64,000 bases of DNA from Candidatus Kerfeldbacteria bacterium (GTDB lineage Bacteria > Patescibacteriota > Patescibacteriia > SBBC01), in contig JACQPY010000009.1 of assembly GCA_016207275.1 (NCBI GenBank), positions 27,637 to 91,636 on the forward strand. Direction: 5' to 3'. Below are positions 1 to 9,800 of the stretch, piece by piece. The notes beneath the pieces were generated by a model that ran no database searches, was not told where the DNA came from, and saw only the letters and a list, made by a program, of their open reading frames with translations. Made by a program: the position numbers and the translations under genes. Numbering within the stretch: the first letter of the stretch is position 1; each line of letters begins with the position of its first letter.

Positions 1-111
1 AGATAAATCCCTCGCAAAGGTCAGTATACTACAATCACAGATATTGAGCGCGAAACTCTTTGATTTATTGATTTTTCGATCAATATATTTCAAGTCCGGC
101 TTTCTTCCAAA

Positions 112-1110
112 CTATTGCTGCCAAATCCAATACTCATTCAGCGCGTCTTCTTGTATTTTGTGTGTGTTGCCGTGACTGAGTAAACCGAGGTATGACTGCA
201 ATGTTTCGGCGGTGGAATGTTCTTTGATTCGCCGAATCATCCGATGCTTGGTTGTAGTTCGTAAGGTTCGATGATACGGATAGTGTTGCCAGCCGAGAAA
301 GTCAACGCCGGAAGCTAGTGTTTTGATGTGAATCTTATCCGGATGTAGTAGCAAAGCAAGCTTGTCGTTCAAGAATTGTTCAATCAGGGGGATTTGATCT
401 TTTAGCCATGCGCGGTCGTTAGAAAGGAAAACAAAATCATCAGCGTATCGGATATAGTATTTTGCTTTCAATCGGTGCTTCACAAATTGGTCAAACTCGT
501 TCATATAGATATTTACAAGTAGCTGTGACGTGAGGTTACCAAGTGGCAAGCCTTTCCCTAGCTGAGTATGAAAACTGGCAATGATGTTTTCCAATAACGC
601 TAGAATGTCTTTATCAGGAATGTACTGACGCAGTATCCCATTCAAGATGTTCTGGTCGATGTTAGCAAAAAACTTTCGGATGTCGCATTGCAATACCCAA
701 CATGTACGAGTGTTATTTTTGCCAACGCTTCCTGCCATACTCTTGAAGCGCTGTAGTGCTTTATGTCCTCCTTTGTTTACACGACACGAATAGGAGTCAG
801 CGATAAATGTTCGATCAAAGAATGGGTAAAGTTTCCGGTACACTGCGTGGTGGAGCAATCGGTCTTGAACGCTGGCTTTGTGAATATGCCGTGGCTTGGG
901 ATCGGTTATGTAAAAACTTTCGTATCCACTGTGTCGATAGGTCCGATTGGCAAGATCATCGTGAAGCTGTAAAATACTATCCATCAGATGGAGGCTGAAG
1001 GCTTGGACATCTGTGGCTTGTCGTTTACCTCGAAGAAACTCTTTCCACGCCGTCAGTAGATTCTCAGCCGAGATAATATCGTCGTATTTGAGTGGTAATT
1101 CGGCTTTCAT
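112..1110 (-). CDS. Diversity-generating retroelement (DGR) reverse transcriptase
   Basis: 332-aa ORF with RT motifs: N-terminal LxxAWxxFLRGKR, motif 4 variant LGNLTSQ (DGR-specific I/LGxxxSQ instead of group-II QGxxxSP) and YADDFVF catalytic motif. GC is about 40% against about 60% for the window. Lies next to TR/VR/avd. Confidence 0.9.
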   Translation of the reverse strand: MKAELPLKYDDIISAENLLTAWKEFLRGKRQATDVQAFSLHLMDSILQLHDDLANRTYRHSGYESFYITDPKPRHIHKASVQDRLLHHAVYRKLYPFFDRTFIADSYSCRVNKGGHKALQRFKSMAGSVGKNNTRTCWVLQCDIRKFFANIDQNILNGILRQYIPDKDILALLENIIASFHTQLGKGLPLGNLTSQLLVNIYMNEFDQFVKHRLKAKYYIRYADDFVFLSNDRAWLKDQIPLIEQFLNDKLALLLHPDKIHIKTLASGVDFLGWQHYPYHRTLRTTTKHRMIRRIKEHSTAETLQSYLGLLSHGNTHKIQEDALNEYWIWQQ

Positions 1111-1494
1111 ATGGCTTATAAACCGCCCCCCCAGCTTTGGAGCAACTTACCAATTCTACAGAAAGCATCCGACGCCTACAAAATCTGGCACGGCATGCTC
1201 CAAGAGTTTCCCCGTCTTGATCGGTTTACGGTCGGCGCTAAGGTCGATAGTTTGTTCGGGGAAGTATTAGAGTATATTCTGCTGGCTGGGTATTCGCAGA
1301 AGCCGCATAAATTACCACTCGTACAGCGTGCTACAACCAAACTGGATGCTGTGAAGTTCTTTTTGAATATCGCTTGGGAAATCAAGTCACTTGATAACAA
1401 AAAATATATTCGTTTATCCACGCCTCTGACCGAAATTGGAAAAATGCTGGGTGGCTGGCGCAAACAGCTTCAAAACGAAACTCCCTCGGAATAA
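1111..1494 (+). CDS. avd: Avd (accessory variability determinant), DGR four-helix-bundle accessory protein
   Basis: 127 aa. Segments ILLAGYS, VKFFLNIAWEI and LTEIGKMLGGW parallel Bordetella phage Avd (FIVAGKS, LRFWLRFLAGI, IAEVGRILGSW). Start codon abuts the RT start codon on the opposite strand. Confidence 0.75.
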   Translation: MAYKPPPQLWSNLPILQKASDAYKIWHGMLQEFPRLDRFTVGAKVDSLFGEVLEYILLAGYSQKPHKLPLVQRATTKLDAVKFFLNIAWEIKSLDNKKYIRLSTPLTEIGKMLGGWRKQLQNETPSE

Positions 1495-1535
1495 ACCGAG
1501 GGAGCCTGCCTGCCGCTAGGCAGGCGTGAGAAGAA

Positions 1536-1662
1536 TTGCAGACGGCCACGAAGCGGCAGTTCCGATTCCACTGATTGTCAGTCCAGTTCCAGTTCAGCTT
1601 CACGCCGTTCTCATTGCCGTTGACGTACGCGCGGTTCAGGTTACCTTTGCGCTGCACGGCGG
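1536..1662 (-). repeat. DGR template repeat (TR), 127 nt
   Basis: Matches 2035-2161 over 127 nt with 21 mismatches. Twenty are at positions where this copy has T on the + strand, i.e. A on the minus (sense) strand. Translated it is Asn/AAC-rich (VQRKGNLNRAYVNGNENGVKLNWNWTDNQWNRNCRFVAVC), not a real gene. Confidence 0.85.
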
Positions 1663-1928
1663 CCGCCAGATTGTACAGCTTATCGTCCGTATCACTGCCC
1701 ATTGAATACTCTCCGGGCTGTATTTTATTCGGGAGCCTTTACTCCGCTGATAGACTGCACCAAGTATCCTCTTCTTTCGAGGGCGCGAGGGACGCGCTGT
1801 CTACAGCCGTAGCCATAAACATTCCGGTCATCTCAGCGTACTAGATTTCAACCGCCCACAGCCTTGACCGTGAGCCGTATCGTTTACTATCCGAATGTAG
1901 TATAGAAAAGTTTTGGAAAATAATGAAG

Positions 1929-1975
1929 GCCCTGCTCATCCCCTTCGCCGAAGCGTTAGAGATGAGACAGGGCCC
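1929..1975 (-). other. Inverted-repeat hairpin downstream of VR/target stop
   Basis: GGCCCTGCTCATC...GATGAGACAGGGCC (13-bp arms) lies about 60 nt 3' of the VR end, the position where DGRs carry a hairpin/cruciform that enhances homing. Confidence 0.5.
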
Positions 1976-2030
1976 GTGGCTGCAAGGATCAAAGGGAATA
2001 CAGAGTTCCCAGTGCCCGAGAGCCGAAGCG

Positions 2031-2666
2031 CTACTTGCAGACGGCCACGAAGCGGCAGTACCGACCCCACTGAAAGTCAGTCCAGTCCCAGTACAGCTTC
2101 ACGCCGACCTCATCGCCGAAGACGTACGCGCGGTCCAGGCCCCCTCCGCGCTGCACGGCGGGTCCGATGAGACCGATGACCGGATGCTCCCGAATCTGCT
2201 CGGAGGTATGCCGACGAATGACGGTCTCGGACTCGGCCCGATCCGGCTGGCGGCAGTTGAGCTGCGCCATCCTGTCGAGCACTTCCTGATCGAGCGGATC
2301 GTGGTCGAACTCCAACAGGCGGAACCTGACCGGCTTCGTCCCCTTCTCCGTGATCGGATAGTCCTTGACCTTCACGTCGCCGACGTAGGCGTAGCGGTCG
2401 CGGTCGATGGTGCTCCATTGAGGATCGTCGTAGTTGACGGTCATCTCGAAGGCATCGCCGACCAGTCCCGGAACACCGAACACGCCTTCGATGATCTGCT
2501 GAAGCGCGCGGGCAGTGGTATCCGGATCGAGCGGGCTACCCGATTCCTGTTCGAGCTGACGCTTGATTTCCGCCATTCGCCGGTCGATCACATCCTTCTG
2601 CTCGCTGGTGACAACGAACTTCGTCGCCATTCCAAGCCTCCTGTCATAGAATACGTTTACCGCCAC
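2031..2666 (-). CDS. DGR target protein with variable C-terminal CLec-like segment
   Basis: 211-aa ORF. Its last roughly 42 aa (AVQRGGGLDRAYVFGDEVGVKLYWDWTDFQWGRYCRFVAVCK) are encoded by the VR and parallel the TR translation. No signal peptide. The start may be the internal Met at MATKFVV. Confidence 0.75.
   Translation of the reverse strand: MAVNVFYDRRLGMATKFVVTSEQKDVIDRRMAEIKRQLEQESGSPLDPDTTARALQQIIEGVFGVPGLVGDAFEMTVNYDDPQWSTIDRDRYAYVGDVKVKDYPITEKGTKPVRFRLLEFDHDPLDQEVLDRMAQLNCRQPDRAESETVIRRHTSEQIREHPVIGLIGPAVQRGGGLDRAYVFGDEVGVKLYWDWTDFQWGRYCRFVAVCK
2035..2161 (-). repeat. DGR variable repeat (VR) at the 3' end of the target gene
   Basis: Cognate of the TR. Differs from it at 20 adenine-derived positions plus one non-A position (TR 1643 a versus VR c on the + strand). 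The 3' 22 nt of the sense strand (CTGCCGCTTCGTGGCCGTCTGC) is A-free and GC-rich, like an IMH element. It ends at the target gene stop codon. Confidence 0.85.
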
Positions 2667-3151
2667 GACGTAAGTGTCGCAACAGCACGCATCCGCACGG
2701 CCGTATCTAGCCGTAGCGCTTAGACCAGGTTATTTCACTGATCTAGGCGCTACGGCCATATGTCTGCAAGGTTATCAACGAACGAAAGAGAATATCATGC
2801 CTACCTCAAAAAGTCAAGGCTTGACCGACTAACCTCGCAGTTACTTCATAATAAACGCAACCTATCACAATCAGACTACGGGTTGCAACTTTACCCTACG
2901 GTGCGTATCACTTAGCTTTTGAGAGGGGCAGCATCGAAGTCAAAAAGAAGATTTTTTCCGACTTAGGTTCGAACTTTATCCTACAGGACGGAAAGCTCAA
3001 TGTTTCCGTGGACATTCTGCTTTTTGCCATCAAGAACCTCTATAAAGGTGTTCAACAGAATCCGACAATGTTAGAACCAACAAAAACTCCCGTGAACAGC
3101 ACACGATCCGCCTCTTTTGAAGACGGATCACGTACTCTGCTCCGGGGGCGA

Positions 3152-3282
3152 CCCCGCACTATGACTCCTCGCTTTGCTCGGAGTCAAATGCGGGGCAAGG
3201 ATTCCCCGCACAACAGCCTTTGTTGCACTACGGCTCAATGCGGGGCGGCGAACCCTCGCCCCGAACCCAACGTGGTTCGGGG
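3152..3282. repeat. Cluster of three GC-rich hairpin repeats (CCCCGCA...TGCGGGG family plus CCCCGAACC/GGTTCGGGG)
   Basis: 3152-3195 and 3204-3245 each have CCCCGCA and TGCGGGG arms around a 30-nt loop related to GACTCCGAGC...GAAG. 3259-3282 is a perfect 9-bp stem. Confidence 0.6.
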
Positions 3283-3345
3283 GACAACCATCGTCTTAAT
3301 CCCGCACCGGAGAGACGATCGAGTGACTGTGCTGAAAAAAGTTGG

Positions 3346-3420
3346 TGGCTCCGCGGGTCGGATTCGAACCGACAACCAACCGGTTAACAGCCGGTTGCTC
3401 TACCATTGAGCTACCGCGGA
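3346..3420 (-). tRNA. tRNA-Asn (GTT)
   Basis: Minus-strand cloverleaf: acceptor TCCGCGG/CCGCGGA, D-arm GCTCAATGGTAGAGC, anticodon loop CTGTTAA, T-arm GTCGGTTCGAATCCGAC, discriminator G and encoded CCA. Confidence 0.85.
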
Positions 3421-3513
3421 ATCACCAACTTTTTTCAATTCATTCTCGGTGCGGGGCTGTTCTACCGCCCACCGCCGGAGGCGGGGTCCCGCCACAGACG
3501 GTGATGAGCCCTG

Positions 3514-3563
3514 CCCCGCATCACGCGACCCTGAGCCTGTCGAAGGGGGGCGTTGGTGCGGGG
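3514..3563. repeat. CCCCGCA...TGCGGGG hairpin repeat with GACCCTGAGCCTGTCGAAGG core
   Basis: Same family as 34632-34675. Encodes TLSLSKG in a spurious ORF. Lies between tRNA-Asn and rpoD. Confidence 0.55.
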
Positions 3564-3595
3564 TACCCCGGAGCTGCCCGCTCGGTGGCTGAACA

Positions 3596-4807
3596 TTAGT
3601 AATCCCGCAGCTTCTTCATGGCCCGGTGGGCCTGGATTTTCTCGAGCGCCTTGGCCTCAATCTGCCTGATCCGCTCCCGTGTGACGCCGAACTCCTGTCC
3701 GACTTCCTCGAGGGTGTGGGCAATACCGTCGTGGAGACCGAAGCGCATTTCCAGAATCTTCTGTTCGCGCGGACTGAGCTCACGAATAATCTCCTGGACC
3801 TGCTCGCGCAGCAGCTGCATGGCCGCCGCCCGATCCGGCGTAGTCGTCTTGACGTCTTCAATAAAGTCGCCCAGAACCGAGTCCTCTTCATCGGAATCGC
3901 CAACGCTGGTTTCCAGCGAGACCGTATCCTGGCTGATCTTGATAATCTGTCGAATCTTCTCCACATCCTCGCCCATTTCCGCGGCGATCTCCTCGGGCAG
4001 CGGTTCGCGGCCGAGGTCCTGGATCAACTGGCGCTCGACCTGCTGAAATTTGTTGATGGTTTCCACCATGTGGACGGGAATGCGGATGGTTCGGCTCTGG
4101 TCAGCGAGGGCGCGCGTAATGGCCTGCCGAATCCACCAGGTGGCGTAGGTCGAAAACTTATAGCCCTTCCGGTAGTCGAACTTCTCGACCGCCCGGAACA
4201 GTCCAATGTTGCCCTCCTGGATCAAATCGAGCAGCGACAGCGATCGGCCGGTAAACTTCTTGGCGATCGAGACGACCAATCGGAGGTTGGCTTCAACCAG
4301 CTTCTTCTGGGCTTCCACCTCGCCCCGGTCCTTGCGCTTGGCCAGCGAGACTTCTTCCTCAGTTTTGAGCAGCGGCACCTTGCCGATCTCCCGCAGGTAC
4401 ATCTGGATCGAATCGTTCGAAATGTCGCCGAGGTCGAAGTGGTGTTCCTCTCGCTTCTTTTTGCCCTTCTCGTCCTTCGGCGCCTCGCTCAATTGCTGCA
4501 GATGGAGATCAAGGACGCTGCCGCCGGTTTCCACAATCTTGACGCCGTCCTGCTCAAACCGATCGAGCAATTGCTCGTAGGTCTCGAGGTACTCCTCGAG
4601 ATCGGGTAGAGCGTAGAGCAGCTCGGTTTCGGTCACGAAACCGCGCGACCGACCCTTACTAATCAGTTCGTTAACCGCTTCTTGCGGCACCGCCGACTTC
4701 GATTTTTGGACGCGCGGCAAATGTGACCGCGCCTTAGCCTTTGACGCGGACTTCGGCTTAGCGGCCGGGACTCTCTTGATCGTCTTTTTGATTGGCTTGC
4801 GAACCAT
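3596..4807 (-). CDS. rpoD: RNA polymerase sigma-70 factor RpoD
   Basis: 403 aa with regions 1.2-4, including [40 protein letters not shown]. Downstream of dnaG as in the macromolecular-synthesis operon. Confidence 0.95.
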   Translation of the reverse strand: MVRKPIKKTIKRVPAAKPKSASKAKARSHLPRVQKSKSAVPQEAVNELISKGRSRGFVTETELLYALPDLEEYLETYEQLLDRFEQDGVKIVETGGSVLDLHLQQLSEAPKDEKGKKKREEHHFDLGDISNDSIQMYLREIGKVPLLKTEEEVSLAKRKDRGEVEAQKKLVEANLRLVVSIAKKFTGRSLSLLDLIQEGNIGLFRAVEKFDYRKGYKFSTYATWWIRQAITRALADQSRTIRIPVHMVETINKFQQVERQLIQDLGREPLPEEIAAEMGEDVEKIRQIIKISQDTVSLETSVGDSDEEDSVLGDFIEDVKTTTPDRAAAMQLLREQVQEIIRELSPREQKILEMRFGLHDGIAHTLEEVGQEFGVTRERIRQIEAKALEKIQAHRAMKKLRDY

Positions 4808-4818
4808 CGGTGGGGTAC

Positions 4819-6660
4819 TTATGCCTCGAGGGCGTGGAGTTCATCGGTCAACTGGTTGAGCTGTTTCAGCAGGGCGTCGGCGTGAGCGGTGGCGTGCGCC
4901 GCTTCAGCCTGACGGAGCTCATGTTCAAGGCGTCGGAGTTCATTGACGACGCGCTCGCGCCGGAGCAATCGACTGCCATGGCCAATCTCTTGCCGAAGCC
5001 ATGCGAGGCGAGCGGCATCATCGCCAGCCGACGCTTCACTACTCGAAAAATCCTGCTCGGCCAAGAGCATAACCTTTGCCACGCGGTTCGTGAGCAGTGG
5101 CAGCTCTTTCGCAAGGTACTTGCGGAACCCTTCGTGGTCTAGTTGCTGGACCTCACTATAATACAAAAGGGCCTGTCTGTAAAGGGCCTGCAGCTCTGGA
5201 TCGGGCAGCATGGCCGTATCGATCAGCTCAGTCAGGTAGGAAAACAGCTCCGGCCGTGTGAACAAACCGAGGGCCAGGATCCGTTCGGCTACGACCGTGG
5301 CGCGGTCAGCAAGCGTCAGCGGCGACTCGCCAGTCGACGGTGGCGGTGTCGGTCGCTGCCCTGGCCGCCTTCGCCGGAGGGCATCACGGAGCGCCTGCTC
5401 GTCGACACCGAGGCGAGCGCTCAATTCCTTGAGGTAGTGACTCTGTTCCACCGGGTCGGTCAGACGAGCGACCACCGGTAGGAGCTGCTGCGCAATCCGC
5501 TTCTTCCCGTCGACGTCAGTCGGATCAGCCGCGGCAAAGGCGCGGTTAAACGAGTAATCGACGATTCGTTCGGCGGTGGCGATCGCGTTACGCCACCGGT
5601 TCGGGTCACGACGAATCAGCTCGTCCGGATCTTTGGCGTCCGGCAGCGTAATAATGGTCACGCGCAGGTCAGCGGCCAGGGCCTGGTCAATACCGCGACG
5701 GGCCGCTTCACCGCCGGCCAGGTCAGCATCGAAGGCCAGCGCCAGGTTGTTCGTGTAGCGCTTGAGCATCTTAACCTGAGAGTTGGTCAAAGCTGTTCCC
5801 GAGACCGCCACCACATTGGCAACGCCAGCCTGATGCGAGGTCAAACAATCGAGGTAGCCCTCAACCAAAATGGCCAGGTCGGCTTGCTTGATCGCGCGCT
5901 TGGCGCGGTCGAGACCAAAGAGGACTCGGCTCTTACTGTAGACTAGTGTCTCCGGCGTGTTGATGTACTTGGCCGTTGACCCGACGTCGCCCTCGACCGC
6001 TTCCACAATCCGGCCGCCGAAACCGACCACCGTCCCGTTGACGTCCCGAATCGGGAACATTAATCGGCCGCGGAAACGATCATAGGAACCAATTCCTCGC
6101 TCTCGCTTAACCGTCAGTCCGGCCTCGAATGCTTCTTGTTCGGTAAACCCTTTCTTCAGGACGAACGACAGTAACCCATCCCACGTCGTCGGGCTATACC
6201 CCAAGATAAAATTTTCCGCTGTTTCGTCACTGACCCCGCGCTGACGAAGGTAGGTGCGGGCCGTCTCGGCGGACGCAGCATCGGTTAAGACTTTCCGGTA
6301 GAAGGCGGCGGCTAAACGGACAAGGTCGAGCAGTCGCGTCTTGGCGTCGTGCAGCTGCGGATCGATCGGCCGCAGCTCAATGTTGGCTTTCTTAGCTAAG
6401 AGGCGAAGCGCTTCGGGAAAATCAACGTTCTCGATTTCCTGCACGAACGAGAACATATCGCCGCCTTTGCCGCAGCCGAAGCAATGCCAGGCCTGCCGGT
6501 CTTTCGAAACCATCAAGCTTGGTGTCTTCTCGTTATGGAACGGGCAGAGGACCTTGTAGCGATTGGTGCCGGCCGGCTTCAGCTGGACGTACTCACCAAG
6601 CACCTCGGCAATGTCGAGTCGTTCTTTGATTTCATCAACCGGTGAGAAAGAAATTACCAT
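4819..6660 (-). CDS. dnaG: DNA primase DnaG
   Basis: 613 aa. N-terminal CHC2 zinc finger [30 protein letters not shown], then TOPRIM region. Confidence 0.95.
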   Translation of the reverse strand: MVISFSPVDEIKERLDIAEVLGEYVQLKPAGTNRYKVLCPFHNEKTPSLMVSKDRQAWHCFGCGKGGDMFSFVQEIENVDFPEALRLLAKKANIELRPIDPQLHDAKTRLLDLVRLAAAFYRKVLTDAASAETARTYLRQRGVSDETAENFILGYSPTTWDGLLSFVLKKGFTEQEAFEAGLTVKRERGIGSYDRFRGRLMFPIRDVNGTVVGFGGRIVEAVEGDVGSTAKYINTPETLVYSKSRVLFGLDRAKRAIKQADLAILVEGYLDCLTSHQAGVANVVAVSGTALTNSQVKMLKRYTNNLALAFDADLAGGEAARRGIDQALAADLRVTIITLPDAKDPDELIRRDPNRWRNAIATAERIVDYSFNRAFAAADPTDVDGKKRIAQQLLPVVARLTDPVEQSHYLKELSARLGVDEQALRDALRRRRPGQRPTPPPSTGESPLTLADRATVVAERILALGLFTRPELFSYLTELIDTAMLPDPELQALYRQALLYYSEVQQLDHEGFRKYLAKELPLLTNRVAKVMLLAEQDFSSSEASAGDDAARLAWLRQEIGHGSRLLRRERVVNELRRLEHELRQAEAAHATAHADALLKQLNQLTDELHALEA

Positions 6661-6717
6661 ACAACCCTATGAACAATAATAAACATCACGCACTGGCGAG
6701 ACCTTAAGCTTGCCGAA

Positions 6718-6766
6718 GGGTCGAGTCGCTCTTTGATTTCGTCGACGGGGGATGAGCTGATGGTAG
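6718..6766 (-). pseudogene. Diverged duplicate fragment of the dnaG 5' end
   Basis: About 48 nt resemble dnaG codons 2-16 ([15 protein letters not shown] versus [15 protein letters not shown]) with synonymous changes. No start codon. Confidence 0.4.
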
Positions 6767-6877
6767 GCACACCTAGACGTTAGTGGTTTCTCAAAAATTA
6801 AGCAACGCTGCCGCCGGACAACCAGAGCCGAAAAGTGCCCAGCACGGGCCGGGCACTTTTAACTATCCAAGGCGTTT

Positions 6878-9800
6878 TTACTCGACCGTCGCCGCCGTCA
6901 CTTCCAGCCCGCTGCCAAATCCCCGTCCGCTGACCGTGAACTGCTTGGACAGCGACAGCTTATCCTGCTTGAAAGTCAGGATCGAGACTTTCGTTCCGGT
7001 TGACGGCACCGCGACGATCTCGCGCCGGCCGTCGCCGTTAAGGTCCGAAGCCAGCAGCGTGGCATTCGTGCCCGATGCCTTTTTCAGCGAATACGAACTC
7101 TTGGCGCGCAACTTGCCGTTCTCATAGCGGTAGACTTTGACCCTCGAGCCATTCTTCTGCGCGACCGTTAACTCAGGCTGACCGTCAGCGTCAAGGTCGC
7201 CAATTGACACGGATCCGGCCGTATCGATCGACTGGTTGTTCGTCGCACCGGTACTCAAGACCCGGACCCGCTTCTTGGCTTGCTCGTACGAGGCCAGGGT
7301 CAGCTTCCCGGTCGTGGGATTGACCACGACGAAGTCGGCTTTACTGTCGCCGGTCACGTCACCCAGCCGGAGGGTCACGCCAGCCGAAACTTTGACGTTG
7401 GTCAGACGCTTGAATGACTTGCCGCTAATGGCCGTCAGGGTGGCAGTTTCGCTCCCGCGCAGCAAGACCTCGTTTGTTCGGCTGCCGGTAACATCGGCGA
7501 TGTGAATTTCTTTAACTCCCTTCGGCAAGATCGACGACGAAGCAGTAGCCACGCGAGCGGCCCGCTTCTGCGTCAGATTAGCGGCATAGGCCACCACCTT
7601 ACCGCTAGCGGGGTTGGCGAAGATCAGCTCTTTCGACTCGCCGCCGGTGACGTTACCGACGCCGACCAGCAGCCCGCCGCTTGAACCGGCTGGCCGCGAA
7701 ATAGTCAGCAGCCGCTGAACCTTACCGCGGCTGTACCCGTAGATCAGCGCACTAGCATTAGTCTTGGCGGTGACGATCAGCTCGGCTTTCTTGTCGCCGT
7801 CAATATCGGCCGCGGTAATTGCGATGGGCTGGCCGCCAAAGGGCGTAAATGAACCGAGCGTTTTTCCGTCGAGGTTCATGACTTTAACCGGCAAGGACTG
7901 TCCGCTGACCGGATAAACGGCCAAGGCCTCAGTCCCGCTGCCAGTGACGTCGGCCGCCACCAGCCGGAACGCACCCGTGACCTGACGGGAAACGTACGGC
8001 TTAAACGATTTTGCCCGCGTCCCGTCGCGGTTGTAGATCGAGACAACCAGAACGCCTTTCTGGAGCGCCAGCGCGGCCAGCTGCTTAGTCGTCAATTCGG
8101 TCAGTTCCGGGGTGACGACCGGTGCCTCGTCAGTCCCGCCACCGCCGCCGTCCTGACCGGGCGCGGCCGGAGTTCCCGGCGTCGTCGTTTTTTTCACCAG
8201 CGGCGTACTGGTAAGCACGAACTTGCTGGAGTGGTTCGTCGTTCCGCAAACCTTGTTCTCGGTGGCGTTGACGGTGCTGGTCTTAACGTCGCGGTACGTG
8301 CCGGCGGTTTCATCGAAGTACTGCATCGTCAGATCCGACTCAGCCAAGCCGTCGGCGGTGATCTCCGTCTCGCTGTAGGGGATGCACACGGTCGCGTCAG
8401 CGACGAACGTTTTAATGGTTTGGCCGGCGTTCTGTCCGCTGGTCTGCCGGACATCGAGGTCATAGCCGTACAAGGTGGCGGGAACCGAGGTGGCGGTGTC
8501 CGGCAGTTCAACCGTTGGCTCGATGGTCACGGAGACGGTGACGTTGTCAGCCGTCAGCGTATTAGCCGGGATGGTCAGGCTCGCCCCGGCTTGGTCGGTC
8601 ATTGACAGCTGCGCGTTGGTGGCCGTGGTCACGCTGATTGCTTCAGGTAACGACGCGGCATCCTCTGTCTTTCCATCGCCCAAGACGATTGTCGGCGCGG
8701 CCGTAGTGCTGCCTTTGGCCACCTCCACCGACATCCCTTCGCGATACCCCTTATTAGACGTATCTGTTTCATCGGCCGCCACCACCGTCCAGGTTTCCCC
8801 GCCGGTGACCTTCAACGCGTACGTGCCCTCGGTGGTCTGCGTTTCGACGTAGCCGCCGTCGCTGGTCGAGGCGGCGACGAACGTGCCGGTGGCCTTCGCT
8901 CCCTCGACCGTCACCGTGCCGGATATCGTGGCGTCAGGTTTGACGAACTTGAGCGTCAGCGCCGCGGGCGAATCAGCCGCCACCGTGGCCACTTCCTTTT
9001 CCGGATTGATGTACCCGAGTCCAGGATCGATTGAGGCGGTGACGAAGTACGTTCCGGCCGGAACCTTCAGCGACACCATCCCGTTTTGGTCAGTCGCCTT
9101 GTTGCGGTTGAACCAGGCACCGTACTGGCTGTAGGAGATGGTTTTGGCCGCGCCGAAGGAGGTATCAATGTTAATCAGGGCGTTGGCCAGGGGCTTGCCG
9201 TCCGGGTCAACCGTCTTGACCGTGATCGTCGAGTCGGCCACCTTCAAAAAGATATCTTGCCGCTTGGTCTCGTTCTCCGCCACGGTCACGTCCTTGTCGC
9301 AGGTCCCCTCAAGGTAGTACTGCGAAGCCGTACTGGGATCAACCCAGCATCCAAGCTTCCAAGTTCCGGCGGCCACCTTGAAGCTGTACCCACCGCTGTC
9401 AATTGATGACCACCGGTAGGCGACGTTCTTCTGGGCAAAGACCGAACCGAAGACGTCGGTAATAATGTCGCCGCTGGCATTCCGAAAGTAGCCGGTAATG
9501 GTGGCGTTGCTGGGAACCAGCGTCAGCTTGACGTCGTTCTTGACGTCGCCGGAACTGACGGTGACGGAAACGCAATCCGCGGTGGTGTAGTCGCCGCTGT
9601 AGCCGAGCGAGGCGCAGAGTTCCCAGGTTCCGGCGGGCACACGAATGGTGAACGAACCGCTGTTGATCGAGCCGCCGACTCCGCCGAAGTAGAAGTTCGA
9701 GGTCGTCGAGCTGGTGGTCGTCTTACTGGCCTGGACCCAGCCGTAAACCGACGAGAGTGTCGTATTGTTCTTATCGACTACTACGCCAGAGACAGTCGCG

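Noticed and set aside
1382-1702. 106-aa minus-strand ORF overlapping the template repeat
   Set aside because: It is the in-frame translation of the TR (Asn-rich copy of the target C-terminus). It has no independent start context and is explained as a non-coding TR.
1923-2723. 266-aa plus-strand ORF and 102-aa minus ORF at 2110-2418 overlapping the DGR target gene
   Set aside because: They are antisense or alternate-frame to the VR-bearing target ORF, are Arg/Pro-rich low-complexity, and are typical GC-rich shadow ORFs.
3626-4609. 327-aa and 142-aa plus-strand ORFs inside rpoD
   Set aside because: Antisense to a high-confidence sigma-70 gene, with Leu/Arg-rich shadow-frame composition.
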